Below are positions 18,242 to 27,627 of a stretch of 64,000 nucleotides of DNA, piece after piece. The stretch's first letter is position 1, and each line of letters starts with the position of its first letter. Made by a program: the position numbers and the translations under genes. The notes beneath the pieces are model-generated. The model searched no databases, was not told the DNA's origin, and was given only the letters and a program-made list of their open reading frames with translations. Origin of the DNA: Candidatus Marinacidobacterium sp. (GTDB lineage: Bacteria; Acidobacteriota; Vicinamibacteria; Marinacidobacterales; Marinacidobacteraceae); NCBI GenBank assembly GCA_965223075.1, contig OZ244986.1, positions 1,859,591 through 1,923,590 on the forward strand. Reading direction: 5' to 3'.

Positions 18242-18334
18242 ATCCTGCGGGCTGCCTCCGGTACGGGACGCTCTCACTCCGTGCAACGCCAGCGTTGCCT
18301 GCGCTAGGATTCGGTGTTCCGAGGAGGGACTCCC

Positions 18335-18598
18335 GTGGCCAGCCTTTCCATCCGCAACCTCGACGAAACCACCAAGAAACGTCTTCGAATCCGCGCGGCC
18401 GAGAACGGGCGGTCCATGGAGGCGGAAGCGCGCACCATCCTCGAAACGGCGGTGTCCGGAGGCCAAGGCCCCGGGGAAAACTTCTACGACGCGATACGGC
18501 GGATCGTAGAACCTGTCGGGGGCGTGGAACTCGAGCTGCTTCCGCGCGAGCCCATGCGAGAACCTCCGGATTTCAGCGGCGAGGAATTCTCCTCGTGA
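18335..18598 (+). CDS. RHH antitoxin (FitA/VapB-like)
   Basis: GTG start 7 nt after GAGGAGGG; VASLSIRNLDETTKKRLRIRAAENGRSMEAEARTILE is typical FitA/Arc-type; TGA overlaps the GTG of the downstream PIN gene (GTGA). Confidence 0.65.
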   Translation: MASLSIRNLDETTKKRLRIRAAENGRSMEAEARTILETAVSGGQGPGENFYDAIRRIVEPVGGVELELLPREPMREPPDFSGEEFSS

Positions 18599-19017
18599 TC
18601 ATCGTGGATACGAACGTCATTTCGGAACTGATGCGCTCCCAGCCTGACTCACAGGTTGCCGGGTGGGCGCGTTTCCAGCCGCCGGACGCACTGTTCACGA
18701 CCGCCGTATCGGAGGCGGAAGTGCGCTACGGGGTGGCCCGGCTGCCTGCGGGCGCGCGGCGTGAGGAACTGCGCCGCACGGCGGACCAGGTCTTTCGTGG
18801 TCTCATGCGCGACCGAATCCTCCCCTTCGACAGCGAAGCCGCACAGCGTTTCGCCGACATCATGGCGCGAAGGCGACGCGCCGGACGCAACGTCTCCATC
18901 GCCGACACCCAGATCGCGGCCATCGTCGCATCCCGCGGCGCGACTGTCGCGACGCGGAACGCCCGGGACTTTCGGGACTGCGGGGTCCGCGTTGTCAACC
19001 CGTGGGAAACTGAGTGA
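18595..19017 (+). CDS. vapC: type II toxin VapC/FitB (PIN domain)
   Basis: VIIVDTNVISELMR... PIN catalytic residues (D, E, D, TRNARDF); 140 aa. Confidence 0.8.
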   Translation: MIIVDTNVISELMRSQPDSQVAGWARFQPPDALFTTAVSEAEVRYGVARLPAGARREELRRTADQVFRGLMRDRILPFDSEAAQRFADIMARRRRAGRNVSIADTQIAAIVASRGATVATRNARDFRDCGVRVVNPWETE

Positions 19018-19110
19018 GGAATCCTGCCGCTGGCAGCGGGCACGGACCTTCGGGAGGTCTCCCGTCGCAGCCACGCAGCGGGCGGCCTCCGACCGACAGG
19101 AGCATGAGAT

Positions 19111-21246
19111 ATGACCAGCCGGACCCTTTCGGCCGCGGGAGCGGCCCCCATCCTCTCGCTGATCCTGGCCGCCGGCTGCGGCGGGACACCTGAGACCGAA
19201 ATGGGCGACAACCCCTTCTTTGCCGAAAGCACCCTCCCCTACAGCCTCCCCGCCTTCGACCTCATCGAGGACGGCCACTACCGCGCGGCGTTCGAGCGCG
19301 GGATGGCCGAGCAGCTCGAAGAGATTGAGGCCGTCGCGGGGTCCGCGGAGCCGCCCACACTCGAGAACACCCTGGTGGCGATGGAGCGCTCGGGCCGGCT
19401 CCTCGACCGGGTGGCGCGGGTCTTCTTCAGCCTCTCCGCCGCCGACACGAACGACGAAATCAACGCCATCCGCGCGGAGATGGCGCCGAAGCTGGCGGCA
19501 CACTCGGACCAGATCCTGCTGAACGCCGACCTGTTCGCCCGGGTAGAGGCGCTCTACGAGTCCCGAAACGATCTGGACCTCTCGCCCGAAGAAGTCCGCC
19601 TCGTGGAGCAGTACCGGCGCGACTTCAGCCGCGCCGGCGCCCTGCTCTCCGAGCCCGAGAAAGAGCGGATGCGGGAGATCAACGGCGAACTCGCTTCCCT
19701 CTCGGCGGCCTTCAGCGAGAACACCCTGGACGAGGTGAACGCCTCGGCGGTGGTGGTGGATTCCGCTGACGAACTCGCCGGGCTGTCCGAGGGAGAGATC
19801 GCCGCGGCGGCCGAAGCGGCGAAGGCCCGCGACCTCGAAGGCAAGTACGTCATCGCCCTCCTCAACACCAGCGGCCAACCCGCGCTGTCCTCGCTGGAGG
19901 ACCGCGGGCTTCGCGAGCGGATCTCGAAGACGTCGCTCGCGCGGGGCAGCCGCGGCGGGGAGCACGACAACCGCGAGGCGGTCGTGCAGATCGCCGCCCT
20001 CCGCGCCGAGCGGGCCGCGCTCCTCGGGTACCCGCACCATGCGGCCTACGTGCTCGAGGAGCAGACGGCGCAGACCATCGAGGCGGTGAACGGCCGGCTG
20101 TCCGGGCTCACCCCCGCGGCGGTGGCGAACGCGCGCCGCGAGGCGGACGACCTGGCGGCGCTCGCCCAATCCGAAGGGGCCGAAATCGAGATAGCAGCCT
20201 GGGACTGGTCCTACTACTCCGAGAAACTCCGGGCCCAGCGTTTTTCGTTCGACGCATCACAGCTCAAGCCATATTTCGAAATGAACGGCGTCCTGGAGAA
20301 CGGGGTCTTCTTCGCCGCAAACCAGCTCTTCGGCCTCCGTTTCGAAGAACGGCCGGAGCTGCCGGTCTATCACCCGGACGTGCGCATCTGGGAAGTGTTC
20401 GAGGAGGACGGTTCGCCGCTCGGGCTCTTCATCGGCGACTTCTATGCCCGGCCTTCCAAGCGGGGCGGCGCCTGGATGAATGCCTACGTCTCCCAGTCAA
20501 ACCTGCTCGGGACGAAGCCGGTAGTTGCCAACCACCTGAACGTCCCGAAGCCGCCCGAGGGGGAGCCGACCCTGCTGACGTTCGACGAGGTCATCACGAT
20601 GTTCCACGAGTTCGGGCACGCGCTGCACGGCCTCTTTTCGAACGTCCACTATCCCTACTTCGCCGGAACCTCCGTTCCGCGCGACTTTGTCGAGTACCCC
20701 TCGCAGGTGAACGAGATGTGGGCGACCTGGCCGGAAGTGCTCCGGAACTACGCCATTCACCACGAGACCGGTGAGCCGATCCCCGGCGATTTGCTCGACC
20801 GGGTGCTGTCGGCGCGGACCTTCAACCAGGGCTTCGCCACCACCGAGTACCTGGCCGCGACCCTGCTCGATCTGGCCTGGCATCAACTCGGCGTGGGCGA
20901 AACCCCCGATGCGGATGGGGTGCTCGGGTTCGAGGAGGCGGCGCTCGAGGCCGCGGGAGTCGCGGTCGCCGCGGTACCGCCCCGCTACCGCACCACCTAT
21001 TTCTCGCACATCTGGAGCAGCGGCTACTCGGCCGGCTACTACTCCTACATCTGGAGCGAGGTTCTGGACGCAGATTCCGTGGAGTGGTTCCGGGAGAACG
21101 ACGGTCTCAGCCGGGAGAACGGCGACCACTTCCGGCGGACGCTGCTCTCGCAGGGCGGCAGCATCGAGGCGATGGATCTCTTCCGCACGTTCCGCGGGCG
21201 GGACGCGGATGTCGAACCGCTCCTCAGACGGCGCGGCCTGAACTGA
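19111..21246 (+). CDS. dcp: M3-family zinc metallopeptidase (peptidyl-dipeptidase Dcp/oligopeptidase A-like), lipoprotein signal
   Basis: HEFGHALHG zinc-binding motif, M3 architecture ~700 aa, N-terminal LILAAGCGG lipobox. Confidence 0.85.
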   Translation: MTSRTLSAAGAAPILSLILAAGCGGTPETEMGDNPFFAESTLPYSLPAFDLIEDGHYRAAFERGMAEQLEEIEAVAGSAEPPTLENTLVAMERSGRLLDRVARVFFSLSAADTNDEINAIRAEMAPKLAAHSDQILLNADLFARVEALYESRNDLDLSPEEVRLVEQYRRDFSRAGALLSEPEKERMREINGELASLSAAFSENTLDEVNASAVVVDSADELAGLSEGEIAAAAEAAKARDLEGKYVIALLNTSGQPALSSLEDRGLRERISKTSLARGSRGGEHDNREAVVQIAALRAERAALLGYPHHAAYVLEEQTAQTIEAVNGRLSGLTPAAVANARREADDLAALAQSEGAEIEIAAWDWSYYSEKLRAQRFSFDASQLKPYFEMNGVLENGVFFAANQLFGLRFEERPELPVYHPDVRIWEVFEEDGSPLGLFIGDFYARPSKRGGAWMNAYVSQSNLLGTKPVVANHLNVPKPPEGEPTLLTFDEVITMFHEFGHALHGLFSNVHYPYFAGTSVPRDFVEYPSQVNEMWATWPEVLRNYAIHHETGEPIPGDLLDRVLSARTFNQGFATTEYLAATLLDLAWHQLGVGETPDADGVLGFEEAALEAAGVAVAAVPPRYRTTYFSHIWSSGYSAGYYSYIWSEVLDADSVEWFRENDGLSRENGDHFRRTLLSQGGSIEAMDLFRTFRGRDADVEPLLRRRGLN

Positions 21247-21328
21247 TCCCGCCGGCGCTTTTCGGATAGACGACCGTTCTGGCGGCCTCACCTCGCTCCG
21301 GGCTGACGCCCATTCCGCGAAGAGCAGA

Positions 21329-21724
21329 CTACGGTGTGATGGCGAACGGATGCCCTCGGAGGCGCTGGTCCACGGTCAGAAGGCGGAGCCCCTCTTCCTG
21401 CGCCTGCACCAGGAGCAGTTCGTCGAACGGGTCGCGGTGGGGGATGGGCGTTTCAAGCCGCTCCGCGGCGTGACGCGGGGTCAGGGGGAGCAGAACCACC
21501 TCGAGTTCCATGAGCGCAGCGACCACGTCTCGCGGGTCGAAGAGGCTCTTCCGCTCCCCGCCCACGTTACGGGCCTCGTAGTTGAGCCGCATCTCCCAAA
21601 TGGATACGGCGCTGACGTAGAGAGGCTCCTCCTGCTCGGCGAACAACTGACGTTCTCTCTCGGAAATCCCTCCCGGAGCCTTCATCAGCTTGTAGAGGTA
21701 CGAGGTGTCAAGAAGCAGACCCAC
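21329..21724 (-). CDS. PIN-domain toxin (VapC-like)
   Basis: GTG start; (M)GLLLDTSYLYKLM..., conserved D/E/D/D positions present; 131 aa. Confidence 0.7.
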   Translation of the reverse strand: MGLLLDTSYLYKLMKAPGGISERERQLFAEQEEPLYVSAVSIWEMRLNYEARNVGGERKSLFDPRDVVAALMELEVVLLPLTPRHAAERLETPIPHRDPFDELLLVQAQEEGLRLLTVDQRLRGHPFAITP

Positions 21725-21738
21725 TCGCTGTTCCCGGG

Positions 21739-22023
21739 CTACTCCCCTTCGTCTTCAAGCCCCAGAACCCGACGACTCAGCGCCGGATCATGGAACGCAC
21801 CGATCATCGCTTCGGCTTCTTCAGGCGACGCCTGCTCAATGCCGTGACTCCGGCACACTTCTTCGAGCCTGGCGAAATCCAGAGCGCCGCTTCGCCGCCA
21901 TCGCACAAGTTCCACAACCGGTTCGCCGTAGCGGGTGATGACGACCCGCTCGCCGGCTTCCGCCGCGCTAATGAGTTCGGAAAGGCGAGCTTTGGCCTCG
22001 CGCAGAGCAAGTTGCAGAATCAG
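21739..22023 (-). CDS. Phd/YefM-family antitoxin with no canonical start codon (ATT/CTG candidate)
   Basis: Minus-strand frame encodes (I)LQLALREAKARLSELISAAEAGERVVITRYGEPVVELVRW..., classic Phd/YefM; in-frame TAG immediately upstream leaves only ATT/CTG as possible initiators; stop 14 nt before the PIN start. Confidence 0.5.
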   Translation of the reverse strand: MILQLALREAKARLSELISAAEAGERVVITRYGEPVVELVRWRRSGALDFARLEEVCRSHGIEQASPEEAEAMIGAFHDPALSRRVLGLEDEGE

Positions 22024-22141
22024 ACCCCCTTCGCACCCTTGATTCTACACTTGTAGTCACAGCGTATCTACAACAAGTCTGATTCCACGGCATCCCGGAA
22101 CGGAGGACGGATGAGCGTCCACCGACGCCGTTGGCGCAGGC

Positions 22142-23338
22142 CTACTGCTCCCGGAGGGCCCCGATCACGCTGCGGCGGGCGGCGCCCACCGCGGGCAGGA
22201 AACCGCCGATGGCGCCGATGACGAGGGCAAGGACGATCCCCTGAACGAGGAGCTCCGGGGTCACCTCGAAGGCGAAGGCCACCTGGCTGAAGGAGGCCCA
22301 GTTGATCGTCGCCGCCCGGAACCCGTCGAACAGGAACCAGGACGCCGCGCCGCCGAACGCCGCGCCGATGATTCCGAAGACGAGCGACTCGATCATCACC
22401 GACAAGACCACCGGCAGCCGGGAGAACCCCAGGGCGCGCAGCGTCGCGATCTCCCGCGAGCGGGAGGACACCGCGGCGTACATGGTGTTGAGCGCCGCAA
22501 ACACGGCGCCCGCCGACATCATGGCGACGATGATCCAACCGACTACCGAGATGAAGGCCTCGATCGGCCTGGATTGCGCGGCCATGTAGGTGGTCTGCCG
22601 CTGCGCGCCGAGACTCACCCGCGGATCGTCGGTGAGCGCCTGCTCGAACCCCTCGAAGGCATCGGCGTCGGTCAGCCGGACGAGCGCGACGTTCCAGGAA
22701 TTGCCCCGCTGATACATCTGCTGGAGTACGCGGGTATCGGTCCAGATCTCCGATTCGGAGACTCCGCCCCCCGCGGTGAACCGGCCCACCACTTCCCACG
22801 AGGCGCGCCCCACATCGATCCGGTCGCCCACGAGCAACCCCTCGAAGGCGCCCGCGGCGCCGTCGCCGACAATGACCTCGTTCCGGCCCGGTTCGAAGTT
22901 CCGCCCCTCCACGATTTCGATCTGATCCCTCAGGGCGAACGCGGCGCCCTCGACGCCCCGGAGCGGGACGTTCGCATCGGTCCCGGCCCCGATCTTCTTC
23001 CGGTCGATGATCACGAAGAGTTCCGGCGAGACGAGGGGGCCGTCCGGCCCGCGCGCTACCCCCGGCGCCGCCCACAGCACCTGGATGTCCTGATGGTTCA
23101 GGATGCTCGCGGTTTCGCCGGTGGAGCCCGCCCGCAGCACCACCGCCACGTCGTCGCGGGCCTGGCCGGTCACCACCGAGCGGAATCCGGCGGCCATCGA
23201 GAGCACGGCGACCAGGACCCCGACGACCCCGGCGATCCCGAAGACCGCGACGACCGAGACCGCCCGGCGCTCCCAGATCGTCTCGAGGTTGTAGCGGGTC
23301 ACCGCCTGGCACTGCCGGATGAGGGATCCCAGACTCAT
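22142..23338 (-). CDS. ABC transporter permease (FtsX-like/MacB family)
   Basis: N-terminal TM, large periplasmic domain, C-terminal three-TM FtsX region. Confidence 0.8.
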   Translation of the reverse strand: MSLGSLIRQCQAVTRYNLETIWERRAVSVVAVFGIAGVVGVLVAVLSMAAGFRSVVTGQARDDVAVVLRAGSTGETASILNHQDIQVLWAAPGVARGPDGPLVSPELFVIIDRKKIGAGTDANVPLRGVEGAAFALRDQIEIVEGRNFEPGRNEVIVGDGAAGAFEGLLVGDRIDVGRASWEVVGRFTAGGGVSESEIWTDTRVLQQMYQRGNSWNVALVRLTDADAFEGFEQALTDDPRVSLGAQRQTTYMAAQSRPIEAFISVVGWIIVAMMSAGAVFAALNTMYAAVSSRSREIATLRALGFSRLPVVLSVMIESLVFGIIGAAFGGAASWFLFDGFRAATINWASFSQVAFAFEVTPELLVQGIVLALVIGAIGGFLPAVGAARRSVIGALREQ

Positions 23339-23353
23339 CGTCCCTACCTCGCG

Positions 23354-24514
23354 CTACAGCCGGCGGAGAGCGAAGGCCGTCTCGAGCCGCATCGCCCGCC
23401 TCGCAGGAAACACTCCAACCACGAGCCCGGTCAGCAGTGCGAGGCCAAGGCCGAGGAGAAGGTCTTCGGGTCGCAGATAGAGACCCGGGAAGTACGCCGA
23501 GAGCGCCGGCCGGAGGATTCTTTCGAGTCCGACGGCGAGGAGCATTCCCAAAAATCCCGCGGTGGTCACCAGGGTCACCGACTCCATGAGAACGAGACGC
23601 TGCACCCGGCCACCGGTGAAGCCGAGCGCCTTCAGCAGCCCGATTTCGCCGACCCGCTCGCGCACCGACTGCGCCATGGTGTTGCCGGCGACCAACAGGA
23701 TGGTGAAGAAGACGGCGCCGAGGATGGAGGTCACGATCAACCCGAGGTTGCCCACCTGGTTCGCGAACCCGGCCGCGAACGCGCCCTCGGATTCGCTCTT
23801 GGTCTCGGCGGCGGAGTTTTGGAAGGTGGCGTCAATGGCGGCGGCGATCTCCGGCGCCCGGTCCGGATCGGCGATCCGGACCGCGAACCAGCCGATCTGC
23901 CCGCGACCGAAGGACCGGGCTTCGTCGAAGAAGTCGTAGCGGAACAGGAACTGGGTCTCGTCGAAGCCTTCCACGTCGCTCTCGTAAACGCCCACCAGTT
24001 CGAACTCCCAGGCCTCGTCACCCCGCCCCTGCTGCTGCCAGATGGTCGGCTGGAGCGGGATCCGGTCGCCGACCTCCCAGCCGAAGCGCTCCACGAGCGC
24101 CCGGCCGGCGATCGCACCGTTCCGGGTTTCGATCCAGCGAAGCTTCGCCTCGTCCGGGACCGAGACCTCCGGATACATGTCGAGGTATTCCGCCGGCTCC
24201 ACCGGAGACTGCATGAAGAAGTTGGCCGGGTCCTGGTACACCCCGCCGAACCAGGTCATGTGCATGGCGTCGATGACGCCGGGGACCTCTTCCATGTCGG
24301 CTTCGTAGGACTGCGGGAGAAGCTGGAAGAGCGAGACCCGGTGCCGCACCACCAGCCGGTCCTCGTTGGCGATATCGGCCCCCATCGAGAAGGCGGTCTG
24401 CAGCATGGACAGAACCCCGAAGATCAGGAACGCGAAGACGACCGAGGAGAAGGTGAGGAACGTCCTCGTCTTCTTCCGGCGGAGCGCGGCGCTGATCAGC
24501 GTGAAGGAACTCAT
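23354..24514 (-). CDS. ABC transporter permease (FtsX-like/MacB family)
   Basis: Same architecture as the neighbouring permease; overlaps the ATPase gene by 4 nt. Confidence 0.8.
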   Translation of the reverse strand: MSSFTLISAALRRKKTRTFLTFSSVVFAFLIFGVLSMLQTAFSMGADIANEDRLVVRHRVSLFQLLPQSYEADMEEVPGVIDAMHMTWFGGVYQDPANFFMQSPVEPAEYLDMYPEVSVPDEAKLRWIETRNGAIAGRALVERFGWEVGDRIPLQPTIWQQQGRGDEAWEFELVGVYESDVEGFDETQFLFRYDFFDEARSFGRGQIGWFAVRIADPDRAPEIAAAIDATFQNSAAETKSESEGAFAAGFANQVGNLGLIVTSILGAVFFTILLVAGNTMAQSVRERVGEIGLLKALGFTGGRVQRLVLMESVTLVTTAGFLGMLLAVGLERILRPALSAYFPGLYLRPEDLLLGLGLALLTGLVVGVFPARRAMRLETAFALRRL

Positions 24515-25290
24515 ACTGCCGCCCCGGCCGGTTCGTGGGCGGGCAGGACGATCGTCCCGTCGTGTCCGCAGTCGGCCAACTGGCCGTCCACCAGATGGAG
24601 AATGCGGGACGCCCGCTCGGCCGCCTCCGGGTCGTGGGTCACCGTCAGAATCGTCTTCGCGTGGTCGCGGTTGAGAGCCACCAGCAGGTCGAGGATCTCG
24701 CCGCTCGTCGCCCGGTCGAGATCTCCGGTCGGCTCGTCACAGACGAGGAGCGCCGGATCGTTTACGAGGGCGCGGGCGATGCCGACCCGCTGCTGTTCGC
24801 CGCCGGAGAGTTCTCGGGGACGGTGCTTTGCCCGATCGGTCAACCCGACGATTTCGAGGGCGATGGCGACCCGGCGGCGGCGTTCACGGGCCGAAAACGA
24901 GGTCAGCAGCAACGGCACCGCCACGTTCCGTTCGGCACTCAGCGCTCCGAGCAGGTTCGAGAACTGGAACACGAAGCCGATGTTGCGAGCCCGCCAGCCA
25001 GCGAGCCGCCGCTCCGAAAGGCTGTGAATCGGGGAACCGCCCACGATCACTTCGCCGCTTGTCGGCCGGTCAAGTCCGGCGATCAGATTCAGCAGGGTGG
25101 ACTTCCCGGATCCCGAAGGTCCCATGAGCGCGAGGAAATCGCCGCTTTCCATCCGCAGGGTGAGCCCCCGGAGCACCGGGACCGAAGTCCGGCCCCGCCG
25201 GAAGGTTCGGCTGACGTCCCGCACATCCACCATGGCTTCGGTCGCGGCTCCGTTTCCGCCAGGCGCTTCCGAAATCCCTGTCTCAGTCAT
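24511..25290 (-). CDS. ABC transporter ATP-binding protein (MacB/LolD-type)
   Basis: Walker A GPSGSGKST, signature LSGGEQQRVGIARAL, Walker B LLVCDEPTGDLD. Confidence 0.85.
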   Translation of the reverse strand: MTETGISEAPGGNGAATEAMVDVRDVSRTFRRGRTSVPVLRGLTLRMESGDFLALMGPSGSGKSTLLNLIAGLDRPTSGEVIVGGSPIHSLSERRLAGWRARNIGFVFQFSNLLGALSAERNVAVPLLLTSFSARERRRRVAIALEIVGLTDRAKHRPRELSGGEQQRVGIARALVNDPALLVCDEPTGDLDRATSGEILDLLVALNRDHAKTILTVTHDPEAAERASRILHLVDGQLADCGHDGTIVLPAHEPAGAAV

Positions 25291-25314
25291 GGTTCTGTTC
25301 TCCCTGCCGCGGAC

Positions 25315-26550
25315 TCAGGGAGCCGAGGCTGCTTCCACCACTTCGGCGCCGTCCTCGAGACCCTCAAGCCCCTCCACGACGACCCGGTCGCCCTCCACCA
25401 GTCCGGACAATACAAACACGTCCGACCCGCGGCGGTCGCCGAGCCGGACCGCCCGGCGCTGGACGCGTCCGTCACGGACCAGATAGACCAGGTCCCGCCC
25501 GGTGTCCTGAAAGACCGCTGCGGTTTCGACCAACAGGCCCTCCGGGGCCTCCTCCGGTTCCGCTTCCGCGGAACGGAAACTCACCTTGACTCCCATGTCC
25601 GGCAGGATCCTGGGGTCCAGCTCCTCGAAGCCGATTCGCACCCGGACCGTGGCCCGGTCGCGGTCGGCCGTTGGAATGATCGCGATCACTCGCGCCGGGA
25701 TCGTCCAGTCGTCGTAGGAGTCGAGAACCGCATCCACCGGCTGCCCGGGCGATACCCGGTTGATGTAGGCCTCGTTGACGTCCACCTCGATCTCCAGCGA
25801 GGTCATGTCCACGATGGTGCCGATGCCGGTGCGGGTGAACCCGGCGCCTCCGGCGATCGGGGACATCATCTCGCCCGGCTGGGCGTTCTTGGCGGTGATG
25901 ACGCCGTCGAAGGGCGCCCGGATCACCATGTCCTCGATCTGCTGGCGGATGACCTCCACCTGCCGTTCCGAAACCCGGGTGTCCTGGCGCTGGCGCTCGA
26001 TGCGCGCCTCGAACGTCGCCACCTCGCCGTTGACCCGATCGAGGTCCGCCTGCCCGGCGACCTGCTCTTCCACGAGACGTCTGGTCCGCTCCTGGCGAAG
26101 ACGGGCCTCGGCAAGCTGGGCCTCCACTTCGAGCACCGCCTTCCCGGCCGCCGCCGTCTGCGCCTCCGCCAGCCTGACACTTCGCTCCAGGTTCGAGGCG
26201 TCGAGCCGGGCGAGTACCTGGCCCGCGGTCACCTCCATGCCTTCTTCGATGGCGATGTCGATGATCTGACCCGCCGTCTTGGATGAGACGGTGGCCTGCC
26301 GGCGCGCGGTCACGTAGCCGCTCGCGTTGAGGACCGTGGTCCCGGCGTCTACGGACACGGAACGCACCCGGGCAGTGCGGACGGCCAGGGCTTCGGGTTC
26401 CGACCCGAGCAGGAAGACCGCCGATACCCCACCCCCGATGACCAGGATCCCGCCGATGATCGCAGTTACGAGCGCAAACGGACGCGAACCCCGCTGCTCC
26501 TCGCCGATCTTGAGTTCGGCGAGCCGGTCGGCCCGTCTGGAGGGAGTCAT
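25315..26550 (-). CDS. efflux periplasmic adaptor subunit (HlyD/MacA family)
   Basis: N-terminal TM anchor, long coiled-coil hairpin, beta-barrel/MP domains. Confidence 0.8.
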   Translation of the reverse strand: MTPSRRADRLAELKIGEEQRGSRPFALVTAIIGGILVIGGGVSAVFLLGSEPEALAVRTARVRSVSVDAGTTVLNASGYVTARRQATVSSKTAGQIIDIAIEEGMEVTAGQVLARLDASNLERSVRLAEAQTAAAGKAVLEVEAQLAEARLRQERTRRLVEEQVAGQADLDRVNGEVATFEARIERQRQDTRVSERQVEVIRQQIEDMVIRAPFDGVITAKNAQPGEMMSPIAGGAGFTRTGIGTIVDMTSLEIEVDVNEAYINRVSPGQPVDAVLDSYDDWTIPARVIAIIPTADRDRATVRVRIGFEELDPRILPDMGVKVSFRSAEAEPEEAPEGLLVETAAVFQDTGRDLVYLVRDGRVQRRAVRLGDRRGSDVFVLSGLVEGDRVVVEGLEGLEDGAEVVEAASAP

Positions 26551-26677
26551 GAGGTGCTAGCAGAGGCTACGTGGCGTGTTTCGGAAAGGTTCCGGGAGCC
26601 CAGGTGGGAACCCGGGAGCCGTCTTTCGACAGATCACGGAAGGCCCTTGTTTTCGCTACGCGCGTACCGGGCGAATG

Positions 26678-26986
26678 TTACAGACGCCCGCCAGGCTCGG
26701 CGGTGGATCTTCGGTCGGATGCAACCAGTGCCTGCAGGCGCTCGACGTGTTGCACCAGCGCCGCGCGACCGTCCTCGGTCAAGCGGTAGCGGGTCTGCGG
26801 GCGGCGACGCACGAAGCGTTTGCGCTCGATGACGTAACCGCCCGCAACCAGTTTTCCGAGGTGTGCGCTCAGGTTGCCGTTCGTGGCCTTGACCGACCTT
26901 TGGAGGTCGCTGAAGGTGGCCCACTCCACCGCGACCAACTCCGCGATGACCGCCAGGCGGACCCTGGACAGGAGGAGTTCATCCAC
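26678..26986 (-). CDS. winged-helix transcriptional regulator
   Basis: 102 aa with a wHTH core (FSDLQRSVKATNGNLSAHLGKLVAGGYVIERK...RYRLTEDG). Confidence 0.55.
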   Translation of the reverse strand: MDELLLSRVRLAVIAELVAVEWATFSDLQRSVKATNGNLSAHLGKLVAGGYVIERKRFVRRRPQTRYRLTEDGRAALVQHVERLQALVASDRRSTAEPGGRL

Positions 26987-27548
26987 GACGTTGCCGATGC
27001 CACAGCACGAGAGCGGGAACGACCAGGCCCGCGATCCAACCGAGCGCGAGTGTTCCGTGGAACCAGGCCGGCACGAAGCCAGCGAGCGCGGATGCGGCGA
27101 GCACGGCGATGCCCCCGACCAGCAGCGGCCGACTCGCCTGCAGGCCGACGACCAACAAGGCGATGCTCATTCCCCCGGCCCAGAACAGCGCCATCGCGTC
27201 CCCGGGAATCACTCTGTGCTGGGCTGTGAGGTTCAGGAGCAGCAACACGCCAAACGCCGTGCCGAAGGTAATTCCGGCCAGGCTGTCCACCTGCGTCTCG
27301 CGCCCCGTGTCCTGTCGGCGTCCGGCCCAGCAGCTGATGCCGATGGCGAGCAGCATCAGGGGAAGATGGAAGGACCCGTCGGCCGGTACGGAAAGGCCGG
27401 CGGCCCGAGCCTGCTGTACACCGTTGACGATCGCGGCGAACAGGCCCCAGGTGAGGAGGATGAGCGGCGGGATATTCAGGGTGCGGTCGGCCGCCTGGAG
27501 GATCCTGTCAACCAGGGCGAGATCGTTGCGTGCGGTGGCCTTATCCAT
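26979..27548 (-). CDS. hypothetical integral membrane protein
   Basis: Four to five predicted TM helices; overlaps the downstream regulator by 8 nt; good SD GAGGGG before the ATG. Confidence 0.5.
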   Translation of the reverse strand: MDKATARNDLALVDRILQAADRTLNIPPLILLTWGLFAAIVNGVQQARAAGLSVPADGSFHLPLMLLAIGISCWAGRRQDTGRETQVDSLAGITFGTAFGVLLLLNLTAQHRVIPGDAMALFWAGGMSIALLVVGLQASRPLLVGGIAVLAASALAGFVPAWFHGTLALGWIAGLVVPALVLWHRQRRG

Positions 27549-27561
27549 TGGCGATGTCCCC

Positions 27562-27590
27562 TCTTCAGAGTAGTCTGTTTTTTAGACTAC
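27562..27590. promoter_or_regulatory. perfect 11-bp inverted repeat with T6 loop (putative operator)
   Basis: CAGAGTAGTCT-GTTTTTT-AGACTACTCTG, AT-rich, immediately 5' of the SD of the membrane-protein/regulator operon; no U-run 3' of the stem on either strand. Confidence 0.4.
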
Positions 27591-27627
27591 TCTGCACGCG
27601 ATCGCCATGTCAAGACGGCGAGACCCG

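Noticed and set aside
27562-27590. Rho-independent terminator for the GNAT gene
   Set aside because: The T-run is in the loop, not 3' of the stem, on either strand. An operator function is considered more likely, but termination is not excluded.
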